64,000 nucleotides of DNA. Origin: Candidatus Dojkabacteria bacterium (GTDB lineage: Bacteria; Patescibacteriota; Dojkabacteria; SC72). This document shows positions 9,492 to 19,252 of the stretch, piece after piece (position 1 is the stretch's first letter; each line of letters begins with the position of its first letter). The stretch lies in NCBI GenBank assembly GCA_035271645.1, contig DATERJ010000008.1, positions 1,051-65,050 of the forward strand, read 5' to 3'. The notes under the pieces were generated by a model. That model was not told the DNA's origin, ran no database searches, and worked only from the letters and a program-made list of their open reading frames with translations. A program made the position numbers and the translations under genes.

Positions 9492-10220
9492 ATGAAGGTA
9501 AAAAATATTCTAGTCATTTTTCTTCTTGCTTCCATAGCTTTTCTTTTTTCAGCAAGTAAACTATATGCTTCCAACCCTTCCTTCTCTCTCTATCCTGCAA
9601 GTGGAATGGTGGTAGATGCAAGCAAAGGGTTCTCTGTGGATATTAGGATAGATACAGATGGAGAAAAGTCTAACTCAGCAAGATTTACTCTTCTTTTTGA
9701 TCCTGAATATCTTCAATTAACAAAAGCAGAGAGGAATAGTAAGTTGTATGATAAGTGGCCGGAAGATGAAACATCGATAGATAACGATAATGGTTTAGTT
9801 ATGCTTACAGGTTTTACACAGAGTGGAGAAGAAGGAAAAACATATATTACCAATGGAGAATATGATGTAATTGCCAGACTAACATTCAAAGTGAAAAAGG
9901 AGGGGACAACGACAATTGATTGGGAATATGATACTAACAATGGTGTCTTTGATACATATATCATGAGAGATGGTAGTCCCCCAACAAATATGTTAATGAG
10001 TAAGCCGAAAAGTGGGACATATCAGATAGGGAAGGGTGATGGGAAAACAGTTCTTGATCCATCTACCGTAAGAACTGCGGTTGAGTTTGACTGGAGGTAT
10101 GTTGTTGTAACAGGGATAGTTATGCTTCTCTTTGGTGCCTTTATGATTTTCACAAGACCAGAGGTATACAGGAGGAGAAAAGGAACAGTTATAGTAATTG
10201 GTGAAGATGAAAAGAAATAG
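9492..10220 (+). CDS. Secreted, membrane-anchored protein with a cohesin-like beta-sandwich domain
   Basis: Signal peptide, C-terminal TM plus basic tail. The domain call is by loose resemblance. Confidence 0.5.
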   Translation: MKVKNILVIFLLASIAFLFSASKLYASNPSFSLYPASGMVVDASKGFSVDIRIDTDGEKSNSARFTLLFDPEYLQLTKAERNSKLYDKWPEDETSIDNDNGLVMLTGFTQSGEEGKTYITNGEYDVIARLTFKVKKEGTTTIDWEYDTNNGVFDTYIMRDGSPPTNMLMSKPKSGTYQIGKGDGKTVLDPSTVRTAVEFDWRYVVVTGIVMLLFGAFMIFTRPEVYRRRKGTVIVIGEDEKK

Positions 10221-11337
10221 TCCTAAGGTTGCGATTGTAACAGATTCTCTTTTGAAGATGGCTGGGGGGAGTAGGGTGCTTGAGTGTTTTGCACAGATGT
10301 TTCCAGATGCAGATATATATACTCTTTTTGCCCCACCAATTAAGAAAAGGGAAAAACTACTCTCTAAGGATATTCTTTCTCACAGAATATATACCTCTAA
10401 ATTAAACAAAATTCCTTTTGTTCATAAAGCAAATCTATATAGATACACTCTTCATAAATGGCCTACACATATAGAAAAGTTTGATTTCTCTGACTATGAT
10501 ATTGTAATTTCTTCTTCGTGGGCTGTATCACATGGGGTGATAACTCCACTTGGTACTAAACATATTGCATATATCCATACACCAATGAGATATATTTGGG
10601 ATATGTATAGTTTGTATTTTAAAGGGAAGTTTCCACAATTGGTATACAGAGTATGTACAAACTTTTTGAGAATATGGGATATATCTGCTAGTGTTAGGCC
10701 AGATATTCTCATCTCTAACTCAAACTTTGTATCACGAAGAATGGAGAAGTATTGGAAGAAGAAAGCAGAGTATGTAATATATCCTCCAGTAGAGAGGTAT
10801 GAGGGAGAGATTAAAAAGAAAAGAGAAGAATATTTTGTTTCTGGAGCACCTTTTGAACCAAACAAGGGTGGAGAATTTCTTTTAGAGTGTGCAAAGGAGA
10901 TAGGGTTTGAATTGAAGGTGATAGGTAGTGGTGGTAATGAGAAGAAGTTAAGAAGAAGGTATGGGAAATATCCTAATATACACTTTTTAGGTTGGGTGAG
11001 TGAAGAAGAGAAGTGGGATATCTTTTCTAAAGCAAATGGATATATTATGAGTGGTACAGAGGAATTTGGAATATTTCCAGTTGAAGCTATGAGTTGTGGT
11101 ACTCCAGTATTAGCACATGGTAGTGGTGGTGTATTAGAAACAGTAAAGGATGGAGTAAGTGGTATGTTTTTCAAAGGAGAGGATGTTGAGAGTTTTAGGA
11201 AGGTATTTAATGAGTTTAAGAAAAAGAAATGGAACTATACTAAAGTTAGAGATAGTATTAAGGATATTAATGATGTAGAAGGGTTTAAGAAACAGATAGA
11301 GGGAGTGTTTGTTGATAATGGTATTTTAATTAATTAA
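10198..11337 (+). CDS. Glycosyltransferase family 1 (GT4-type)
   Basis: C-terminal GT1 motif EFGIFPVEAMSCGTPVLAHGSGGVLETV. Confidence 0.8.
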   Translation: MVKMKRNSPKVAIVTDSLLKMAGGSRVLECFAQMFPDADIYTLFAPPIKKREKLLSKDILSHRIYTSKLNKIPFVHKANLYRYTLHKWPTHIEKFDFSDYDIVISSSWAVSHGVITPLGTKHIAYIHTPMRYIWDMYSLYFKGKFPQLVYRVCTNFLRIWDISASVRPDILISNSNFVSRRMEKYWKKKAEYVIYPPVERYEGEIKKKREEYFVSGAPFEPNKGGEFLLECAKEIGFELKVIGSGGNEKKLRRRYGKYPNIHFLGWVSEEEKWDIFSKANGYIMSGTEEFGIFPVEAMSCGTPVLAHGSGGVLETVKDGVSGMFFKGEDVESFRKVFNEFKKKKWNYTKVRDSIKDINDVEGFKKQIEGVFVDNGILIN

Positions 11338-11355
11338 TTTTATCTTTAAACATCT

Positions 11356-11550
11356 ATGGGAGAAAAAGATCAAAAAAAGAAGAGTAAGAGACCAATATCA
11401 GCTACAATTAGTGTTTTTCTAATACTGGGTATTACATTTTCTTTACTATCCATATCTCCTCAAGGGAGAACATATTTACCAATAGGGTTGGCTTTTTTAG
11501 CGATTGGTATAGCAGATCTTTTTGATTTTAGGAGAAAGCAGAAAGAATAA
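11356..11550 (+). CDS. Small membrane protein (64 aa, two TM segments)
   Basis: ORF with hydrophobic segments. Function unknown. Confidence 0.4.
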   Translation: MGEKDQKKKSKRPISATISVFLILGITFSLLSISPQGRTYLPIGLAFLAIGIADLFDFRRKQKE

Positions 11551-11594
11551 TTATTGATAATAATATTGATATTTGATATTATTTTATACCATAT

Positions 11595-11670
11595 GCCGAG
11601 ATAGCTCAGTTGGTAGAGCACCTGTCTGAAGAACAGGGTGTCCCCAGTTCAAGTCTGGGTCTCGGCACCA
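11595..11670 (+). tRNA. tRNA-Phe (GAA), CCA encoded
   Basis: Cloverleaf folded by hand: acceptor GCCGAGA/TCTCGGC, anticodon loop CTGAAGA, T-loop TTCAAGT. Confidence 0.85.
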
Positions 11671-11671
11671 T

Positions 11672-11745
11672 GCGGGAGTAGTTCAGTTGGCTAGAACGAC
11701 ACATTGCCAATGTGTAGGTCGCGGGTTCGACCCCCGTCTCCCGCT
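11672..11745 (+). tRNA. tRNA-Gly (GCC), no encoded CCA
   Basis: Acceptor GCGGGAG/CTCCCGC, anticodon loop TTGCCAA. Starts 1 nt after tRNA-Phe. Confidence 0.85.
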
Positions 11746-11781
11746 TTGGTTTCATTTACGAAAGAGAACATATCCTTTTTC

Positions 11782-12426
11782 TTACTCCTTCTCCTTCCCT
11801 TTAATAATACCTACGATAAACTCTTTCACTTTCTTTCTGTTTAAGTAAATAATAATACCAACAACAAGTAGAGTTAATATTACCAACCAGTTATTTACTG
11901 TATTAATAGCATCAGTAATCTTTGCTAAATCAAATCCAATCTTTGATCCTAAATATGCAAAACCAAAAGCATAGACAAAGGTTCCGATAAATACGCCCAG
12001 TGATGCTAAAAAGAAGTTATACTCAAGATAACCAGCAACAAGTAGAACAACAATTCTTAACCAGGGGGTAAAACGTGTTAGTATGATATATAAAAAACCC
12101 TTAGCTTTAAATTTTTTATGCGTCTTCATAAAAGAATCTCCATCAACCTTCAACCACTTACCTTTGCCATTAAGATAGCCAATGATATCCTTGTTTCTAA
12201 AATAGTAACCAACTAGATATGTAAAAGCTGCACCTACTACTTCTCCTAATGCTCCTGCAACTCCAATCTTAACAAGTGAGATAAACTCTGGTCTAACAGC
12301 ACCTACGATGGTCATAACAATCTCTGCTGGAAATATACCAACAGCAGCAACAAAAACACCTAGGTAACCCCAAGTACTAAGCCAATCCGATATTGTACTA
12401 ACTAATTCTGCTATCACAGATAACAT
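11782..12426 (-). CDS. DedA/SNARE-associated (VTT domain) membrane protein
   Basis: About 210 aa polytopic membrane protein with a DedA-like core. Confidence 0.65.
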   Translation of the reverse strand: MLSVIAELVSTISDWLSTWGYLGVFVAAVGIFPAEIVMTIVGAVRPEFISLVKIGVAGALGEVVGAAFTYLVGYYFRNKDIIGYLNGKGKWLKVDGDSFMKTHKKFKAKGFLYIILTRFTPWLRIVVLLVAGYLEYNFFLASLGVFIGTFVYAFGFAYLGSKIGFDLAKITDAINTVNNWLVILTLLVVGIIIYLNRKKVKEFIVGIIKGKEKE

Positions 12427-12495
12427 AATATCATTAAATAATAGTATTTCCTAATCTATTTCCATTTTCCTCTCTACAATGCTAATATCTACAAT

Positions 12496-13311
12496 ATGCC
12501 AGTAAAAATAAAAGACTCTAAAAGTTGGTTTAAGGAAAGGGTCTCTAGATTTAAACCGGTTATCTTTCTAAAAAAGAACCTTCCTTTTTTTATCTTCCTT
12601 TTCCTTTTTGCTCTCTCCCTGATACTGGGACTATGGAACATGAAGAGATACGAGGTCTTTGATATCAATGGTGATGAGGTAGAGGAGAAAATTGAGATTC
12701 TTGTTAATGAATATCTAAGTAAGAATGTTACAGGAAAAAACTTCTTCTCGATATATTCTAACAATGTAGAAGATGCTCTTGAGTCAAACATCTCGTATGT
12801 TAAATCTGCTAGAGTTTCAAAGATTGTACCAAACAAATTAGAGGTTTTCTTAGAAGTATATGAACCTAAATTAGTAGTTTTAGATGTGGGTAATCATTGT
12901 AAACTTCTCTCCGCAACTGGAATAGTACTTGATGAGCTATGCCAGGAAACAGAAGATGTTCCACTTTGTTGTGTTGGTCATACCTCTGATGGTAAATATT
13001 ACATTTTTAAATCAGATGAAGTAGAGATATCAAAGATAACTGGTGGTAAGGAACAATTACTTGTAATGAACAGTATTTCGGACATTGTAAAAGTTGTTGA
13101 GTCTTTTGGTTTTGAGGTAAAAGAGATTGTTCTTAAAGAAAAGGTCCTTCATATTAAGGATATGGATAAGAGGGTTCACATCTTTACACTTTCTGACAAT
13201 CTTGATGTCCAATTGGCCAGATATTTTCTAGTAATGGGAAAGGTAAAGGGCGATAGTATGCAGTTTAGTAGCATAGATGTAAGGTTTGAAAGACCTGTTG
13301 TAAAGGATTAG
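12496..13311 (+). CDS. ftsQ: Cell division protein FtsQ/DivIB (POTRA domain)
   Basis: N-terminal TM and a POTRA-like region. Sits immediately upstream of ftsA-ftsZ. Confidence 0.7.
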   Translation: MPVKIKDSKSWFKERVSRFKPVIFLKKNLPFFIFLFLFALSLILGLWNMKRYEVFDINGDEVEEKIEILVNEYLSKNVTGKNFFSIYSNNVEDALESNISYVKSARVSKIVPNKLEVFLEVYEPKLVVLDVGNHCKLLSATGIVLDELCQETEDVPLCCVGHTSDGKYYIFKSDEVEISKITGGKEQLLVMNSISDIVKVVESFGFEVKEIVLKEKVLHIKDMDKRVHIFTLSDNLDVQLARYFLVMGKVKGDSMQFSSIDVRFERPVVKD

Positions 13312-13433
13312 AATATATAATTTAAATATAGTACTTGCTAAACTATACAGATTTGATATATTTAATATACAGATGTTGTTTAATTGCATCTTTTGTATAA
13401 TAATTTATGTAAAATAACTGTCACTAACAATAT

Positions 13434-14729
13434 ATGGCACGAAAAATAATTACAGCAATAGATGTTGGGAGTTCTAAGATTACAACATTAATAACCTCTG
13501 TTGAGGATGGAAAAAGTCCCACAGTTATTGGTGTATGTGCTTACCCTAGTAAAGGTATTAAGAAGGGTGTGGTTGTTAATATCGATGATGCTACGGCTTC
13601 CATTTTGGAAAGTGTTACTGCAGCTGAGAGAATGGCAGGAGTTACTGTATCTGATGTGTATGTTTCAATAAATGGTGAACAGGTTACAAGCTTAAACAAC
13701 AAGGGTGTGGTAGCAGTTGCTGGAAGTGAGATTACGATTGATGATACATATAGAGCAATTGAAAATGCTAGGATTTTAACTCTTCCAGATAATCTCAATC
13801 CAATACACATTATCCCAAGAGAATTTGTAGTTGACAGTCAAGGTGGAATTAAATACCCAATAGGAATGAGTGGTGGGAAATTAGAAGTAGACACTCACAT
13901 TATTACAGCTCCCAATTCATATTGGCAGAATATTAAGAAATGTATAGAACAGGTAGGTGCAAATGTCTATGATGTTATCTTTACAGCATGGGCATCTTCA
14001 TTAGCTGTTTTGACTGACACGGAGAAGGAGTTGGGTGTAACAATGTTAGATATTGGTGCAGGTACAACAGGTATTACAATCTTCCAAGAGGGTTCAATAA
14101 TATACAGTAGCTGTGTGCCATTGGGAGGTAGTAGCATTACAAGCGATATTGCAATCGGACTTCAAGTATCTCTAGAGGAGGCAGAGAAGATTAAGGTTGA
14201 GATGGCAAAATTGTTTGATACAAAATATGAAGCAGCAAAGGCAAAAGATATTGACTCTATTCCTACATTACTGAGAAAGAAAGAACCAGAGAAGCCAAAG
14301 AAGAAGAAAGGGGAAGAGATAGATCTTAATGTGATAGGGATAGATAAGTTTGTATCAAAGGAATTGTTAGAAAAGATAGTAAGTGCAAGATGTGAAGAAA
14401 TTTTTGGAATGGTAAAGGAGAATATTTCTAAAGCAGGATATGAAATGGCTATGCCAGCAGGTATTGTTTTAACAGGAGGAAGTAGTCTTTTAAGAGATAT
14501 TACAAAATCGGTACAATCAACCTTAGGTGTTGCAGCTAGAGTAGGATATCCGTCAGGATTGAGTGGTATGACAGATGAAATATCAGATCCTTCATATGCA
14601 TGTGTACAAGGTCTTATCAAACATGCACTTGATGATGATGTAGAGGTTAGTGGAGGAGAAAAAGGTAAGGTTGATGTAAAAGGAGTTTTTGGTAAAATAG
14701 GTGATTGGTTTAAATCATTACTGCCATAA
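13434..14729 (+). CDS. ftsA: Cell division protein FtsA
   Basis: Actin-like ATPase of 431 aa (IGLQVSLEEAEKIK). Position before ftsZ. Confidence 0.9.
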   Translation: MARKIITAIDVGSSKITTLITSVEDGKSPTVIGVCAYPSKGIKKGVVVNIDDATASILESVTAAERMAGVTVSDVYVSINGEQVTSLNNKGVVAVAGSEITIDDTYRAIENARILTLPDNLNPIHIIPREFVVDSQGGIKYPIGMSGGKLEVDTHIITAPNSYWQNIKKCIEQVGANVYDVIFTAWASSLAVLTDTEKELGVTMLDIGAGTTGITIFQEGSIIYSSCVPLGGSSITSDIAIGLQVSLEEAEKIKVEMAKLFDTKYEAAKAKDIDSIPTLLRKKEPEKPKKKKGEEIDLNVIGIDKFVSKELLEKIVSARCEEIFGMVKENISKAGYEMAMPAGIVLTGGSSLLRDITKSVQSTLGVAARVGYPSGLSGMTDEISDPSYACVQGLIKHALDDDVEVSGGEKGKVDVKGVFGKIGDWFKSLLP

Positions 14730-14754
14730 ATAATTTTAGTTTACTATATGGAAT

Positions 14755-15957
14755 ATGGGGTTAGTTACAACAAATGTAGATCCAGTTGCTAAAATAAAAG
14801 TAGTTGGAGTTGGTGGTGGTGGTTGCAATGCAGTCAACACAATGATTACAGATTATGATATTACAGGAGTTGATTTCATGGCCTTCAACACAGATGCACA
14901 GGCACTTAAGATGTCTCAGGCACCTACAACACTTCAACTTGGAGAGGAATTAACCAAAGGACTAGGTGTTGGTGGTAATGCGGAACTTGGTGCACAGGCT
15001 GCTGAAGAGAGTTTGGATCAAGTACAGGAACTTCTTGAAGGTGCAAATATGGTTTTCATTACAGCTGGAATGGGTGGAGGCACAGGCACAGGTGCTGCTC
15101 CAATTATTGCAGGTGTAGCAAGAAATATGGGTGCATTGACAGTAGCGGTTGTTACAAAGCCATTTGATTTTGAAGGTAACAAGAGAAGGGAGATTGCAGA
15201 GGAAGGGATTGCTAACTTGAGAGACAAGGTTGATACATTGATAGTTGTTCCAAACCAGAGACTACTTGAAGTTGTAAGTGATAGTGAGAATATCTCCTTT
15301 ATCGATGCTATGAAAAAGGTTGACTCTGTTTTAGCAGAAGGTGTTAATAGTATCTCTAATCTCATTAGTAAAACAGGATATATCAATGCAGACTTTAATG
15401 ATGCAAAGTCAGTCATGCAAAATGCAGGTACTGCACTTATGGGTATTGGTAGAGCAAGTGGTGAGAACAGAGCAGAGGAAGCAGCAAGAGCAGCTACAAC
15501 AAGCCCACTTTTAGATATGTCCATAGAAGGAGCAACAGGAGTTCTTTACAATGTTGTTGGTGCTAATCTTACATTGCAGGAAATTAGTAGAGTTTCAGAT
15601 CTAATTAAAGAAGCAGTAGACCCATCAGCTAATATCAAGTTCGCTGCACAGGTAGATCCAGAAGCGGGAGATGAATTGATAATTACAATTGTAGCAACAG
15701 GATTTGATGAGAACAAACAGATATATACTAGCAAAGCAAGAAATGAAGGAGATTTACCACCGATAAGGGATTTTGGTTTTACTACACAACCATCTACTCC
15801 GACTCCAACTGTGGAAGATACACTAGACTCATTTGATGACAAGAGTACAGAGGAAGCAGATGAAATTGTTGAAGATGATACCTTTGATGCAATTAAACCG
15901 GAAGATATAGATGCAGAAGACCCATTGGATGTCCCTGCTTTTATGAGAAAAAAGTAA
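14755..15957 (+). CDS. ftsZ: Cell division GTPase FtsZ
   Basis: GGGTGTG tubulin signature, NTDAQAL, and a C-terminal DVPAFMRKK tail. Confidence 0.95.
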   Translation: MGLVTTNVDPVAKIKVVGVGGGGCNAVNTMITDYDITGVDFMAFNTDAQALKMSQAPTTLQLGEELTKGLGVGGNAELGAQAAEESLDQVQELLEGANMVFITAGMGGGTGTGAAPIIAGVARNMGALTVAVVTKPFDFEGNKRREIAEEGIANLRDKVDTLIVVPNQRLLEVVSDSENISFIDAMKKVDSVLAEGVNSISNLISKTGYINADFNDAKSVMQNAGTALMGIGRASGENRAEEAARAATTSPLLDMSIEGATGVLYNVVGANLTLQEISRVSDLIKEAVDPSANIKFAAQVDPEAGDELIITIVATGFDENKQIYTSKARNEGDLPPIRDFGFTTQPSTPTPTVEDTLDSFDDKSTEEADEIVEDDTFDAIKPEDIDAEDPLDVPAFMRKK

Positions 15958-15979
15958 TCTCTCTTGATATAATGGGAAT

Positions 15980-17299
15980 ATGAATATACTTTCACCTTCA
16001 AAGGGGAGGAAGTGGATTAACCTTCCTTTGATACTCCCTTTAGTTTTGATAATTGTAATAGGACTTGTTACTCTTTACTCAACTTTAATTCTTCCTACAG
16101 GGGGACTAGGTGATACTTCGATATTAGTAAAACAGATTCTTTTCTTAGTTATCGGCATAATCCTTTTTATTGCAATTAGCTATATTGACCTCTCTTACCT
16201 TAAATATTGGCAAGTACAGTTGATAATTTACTTAATAACCATAGCACTTTTAATTGTTGTCCTTCTCTTTGGTCCTGTAATTAAAGGTGTAAAAAGGTGG
16301 CTGGTTATAGGGGGTGTACAGATACAACCATCTGAGATTGCAAAACTTACAGTTATTATCCTAACAGCATTCATTTTTTCACTAAAAGATAAATACAACA
16401 AATGGACACTCTTTCTTCTATCTTTCTTCCTCATGCTTCCCATCTTCTTCCTAATCTACAAAGAACCCAGTGGTAGTATGGCATTCCTTACACTGGCAAT
16501 ATGGTTCATTGTTGCATTCTTAGGGCTTAACCATCCGTTAAGAAATACGGTTTTGTTATCAATAATTGGTTGTACCGTAGGAGCATTTCTCATCTCATCT
16601 GTTACAGGGAATAATCTTTGGTATCTTCTCCTTATCCCTGCAGCGATAATTGCAATTTTTGGCTTCTATACTAAAAACAATTGGAAAGTCTTTGTCATAA
16701 TTGCCTCTGTACTAGCCCTCTTTGTTGGGGCTCTAACAACAATTACTTGGCATAAAGTGTTAAAACCATATCAGAAAGATAGGATAGTAGCCTTCATAAA
16801 TCCAGAAGAAACAACTGGAGATATTGGATTTAATGTAAATCAGTCTAAAATAGCGATAGGTTCTGGAAGAATATTTGGAAAAGGTTTTGGTAATGGAACG
16901 CAGAGTAAGAGAAACTTCCTTCCAGAGTTTAGAACAGACTTCATCTTTGCATCCTTTGCTGAAGAGTTTGGTTTGATAGGGAGTGTTTTTCTCATCTCTC
17001 TTTATGCTGTAATCATTGTAATTTGTTTTTTGGCTGCGATAAATAGTAGTGGTGATGTATTACAATCTCTTCTTTGTGTGGGTATAGGGGTAAAGCTTCT
17101 TTTAGAGGTTTTCATTAACATTGGTACAAACACAGGAGGTATTCCAGCAACAGGTATTCCTCTTCCCCTTATGAGTGCAGGAGGAACTATTACCATCATG
17201 ACCTTAATACAATTGGGTATTGTTCATAATATAATTCTTAAGAATAGTCAGAAAATACAAGCTAAGAATGCTGATATTATTGATATTTACGAAGATTAA
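15980..17299 (+). CDS. ftsW: SEDS-family peptidoglycan polymerase FtsW/RodA
   Basis: About 10 TM segments and a SEDS-like C-terminal region (FIFASFAEEFG, PATGIPLPLMSAGG). Confidence 0.8.
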   Translation: MNILSPSKGRKWINLPLILPLVLIIVIGLVTLYSTLILPTGGLGDTSILVKQILFLVIGIILFIAISYIDLSYLKYWQVQLIIYLITIALLIVVLLFGPVIKGVKRWLVIGGVQIQPSEIAKLTVIILTAFIFSLKDKYNKWTLFLLSFFLMLPIFFLIYKEPSGSMAFLTLAIWFIVAFLGLNHPLRNTVLLSIIGCTVGAFLISSVTGNNLWYLLLIPAAIIAIFGFYTKNNWKVFVIIASVLALFVGALTTITWHKVLKPYQKDRIVAFINPEETTGDIGFNVNQSKIAIGSGRIFGKGFGNGTQSKRNFLPEFRTDFIFASFAEEFGLIGSVFLISLYAVIIVICFLAAINSSGDVLQSLLCVGIGVKLLLEVFINIGTNTGGIPATGIPLPLMSAGGTITIMTLIQLGIVHNIILKNSQKIQAKNADIIDIYED

Positions 17300-17360
17300 A
17301 CAGAAAGATTAGGAGTTTTCATTGACTTTTTCACATATTTAACATAGAATTCAACTCGAT

Positions 17361-17759
17361 ATGGCAAATACAAAAGAAACAAAACCAAAAACAAAGACAG
17401 TAAAGAAGGAAGAAAAGCCTGTTGCTAAAGCAACACCTAAGAAAACCTCTGATGCTTTTGCAGTCATTGAAATTGCAGGAGTACAGCTTAAGGTCTACAA
17501 AGGTAAAGAATATGAAGTAAACAAATTAGAGGGTAAGAAAGGTGACAAGATTGAAGTTAAAGAAGTTCTCTTAGTTTCTGATGGTAAAGACACAAAGATT
17601 GGTAAACCATATGTAGATGGTGCAGTTGTTAAACTTGAAATTACATCTCAGAAAAAAGGTGAGAAGATTGAAGGTTTTAAGTATGCAGCTAAAGCAAGAC
17701 AGAGAACAAGGTATGGATACAGACCAAGTATTACTAAGGTAATAGTTAAGAGTATTTAA
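17361..17759 (+). CDS. rplU: 50S ribosomal protein L21 with a Lys-rich N-terminal extension
   Basis: Core FAVIEIAGVQLKV...RYGYRPSITKV matches L21. Confidence 0.85.
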   Translation: MANTKETKPKTKTVKKEEKPVAKATPKKTSDAFAVIEIAGVQLKVYKGKEYEVNKLEGKKGDKIEVKEVLLVSDGKDTKIGKPYVDGAVVKLEITSQKKGEKIEGFKYAAKARQRTRYGYRPSITKVIVKSI

Positions 17760-17763
17760 TTAA

Positions 17764-18951
17764 ATGCCCAAACAATATTTCTTTGAAGCTGGAACATTCC
17801 CAGACCTTTCATATACAGAATTAGTTACTGTTCTGACCTCTTTTGGCTATGGTAAAGAAGATATTACTAGATATGGAGATAGTATATTTCTTGTTCAGAA
17901 CGAAAAGCTTACAGATTTAGCAATTAGAAATATTTTCAAACGATTGGGAGGAGCTATTAGAGTAGGTGAGATAGTTGAGGATATTGATAGCTTCTATGCT
18001 GAATCTAAAAAAGAAGGTAAGTTTACTTTTGGTGTTAGTGTTTTAGGTAATACAAAAAGAGAAGACCAATCTTTTCTTAAGAAATTAGGTAATGGAATTA
18101 AAAGAGAACTTAAGGAAAGTGGTATATCATCAAGGTTTGTTTTACCAATTAGAAAGGATTACTCTCTTAATGCTGCACAGGTGATAAAGAATGAGATATT
18201 AGAGAAGGGTTTTGAATTGGTAATTATCAGAAACAAAGGTCAGGAGATATATGCTAGAACTATGGAAATTCAAGATTTAGAAGGTTTTGTAAGTAGGGAT
18301 ACTCAAAGGCCAGGTAGTAATCTTGAGATGGGAGTACTTCCACCCAAACTTGCAAGAATGATGGTTAACTTCACAGCTTTTTCTAGTGGCACAATCTGGG
18401 ATCCATTCTGTGGTTCTGGTACTATTCCAATGGAAGCAGCAGTTCTAGGTTTTAATTTTCTAGCCTCAGATATTGACCCAAGAGCAGTTGAAGATACAGA
18501 TAACAATGTTAAATGGTTGTACAAAGAGGGATATATATCTGAAACTCTCTACCAGACCTTTCGTTTTGATATTAAGAAACCAGATGGAGAAGTTGTTAAG
18601 AAACTAAAACATACAGATATTGATGCAATTGTTTGTGAACCATTTATGGGCCCACCTCAAACAAGAATCCTTTCAGAAAGTAAGGCTAAGGAGCTCTTAG
18701 ATGATGTAAAAGCATTGTATAGAAAGCTTTTTGAGTTGATAGATAACAGACTGGAGAAGAGGGGGATAAGGGTGGTAATGATAATTCCTTCATACAAAAC
18801 AGATAAGGGTTGGGTGACATTTGGAATTAGGGAATTAGTTGGGAAGAGATGGATTGTAAAGAATAATGAGTATTCTTTAGGTAGGGACTTGAAGTGGAGA
18901 CGAAAAAATAGTATCATTACCCGGAACATTTACATACTAGAGAGATCTTAG
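17764..18951 (+). CDS. UPF0020/THUMP-like SAM-dependent RNA methyltransferase
   Basis: Motif I DPFCGSGT and a motif IV-like CEPFMGPP. Located between rplU and rpmA. Confidence 0.65.
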   Translation: MPKQYFFEAGTFPDLSYTELVTVLTSFGYGKEDITRYGDSIFLVQNEKLTDLAIRNIFKRLGGAIRVGEIVEDIDSFYAESKKEGKFTFGVSVLGNTKREDQSFLKKLGNGIKRELKESGISSRFVLPIRKDYSLNAAQVIKNEILEKGFELVIIRNKGQEIYARTMEIQDLEGFVSRDTQRPGSNLEMGVLPPKLARMMVNFTAFSSGTIWDPFCGSGTIPMEAAVLGFNFLASDIDPRAVEDTDNNVKWLYKEGYISETLYQTFRFDIKKPDGEVVKKLKHTDIDAIVCEPFMGPPQTRILSESKAKELLDDVKALYRKLFELIDNRLEKRGIRVVMIIPSYKTDKGWVTFGIRELVGKRWIVKNNEYSLGRDLKWRRKNSIITRNIYILERS

Positions 18952-18981
18952 TATGTGTATATAAGTTGAAATAAAGACTAG

Positions 18982-19242
18982 ATGGCAAAGGTTGCAGCAG
19001 GAAGTACAACATCAAACTACGGTAAAGTAGCTGGTAAAAGGCTTGGTGTAAAGAAGTTTGCAGGAGAAAGAGTTAAAGCTGGGAATATAATTGTAAGACA
19101 GAAGGGTTCTGTCTATCATCCTGGTAAAAATACATACATGAGTAAGACACATAACATCCATGCAAAGACAGATGGAGTTGTTGAGTTTAGAAGAATGAGT
19201 GGTATTAAGAGAAGCCAATACTTCATTGATGTGATAGAATAG
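18982..19242 (+). CDS. rpmA: 50S ribosomal protein L27
   Basis: GSTTSNYGKVAGKRLGVKKFAGERV...HPGKN matches L27. No Prp-cleavable N-terminal extension. Confidence 0.9.
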   Translation: MAKVAAGSTTSNYGKVAGKRLGVKKFAGERVKAGNIIVRQKGSVYHPGKNTYMSKTHNIHAKTDGVVEFRRMSGIKRSQYFIDVIE

Positions 19243-19252
19243 TCATACGACT

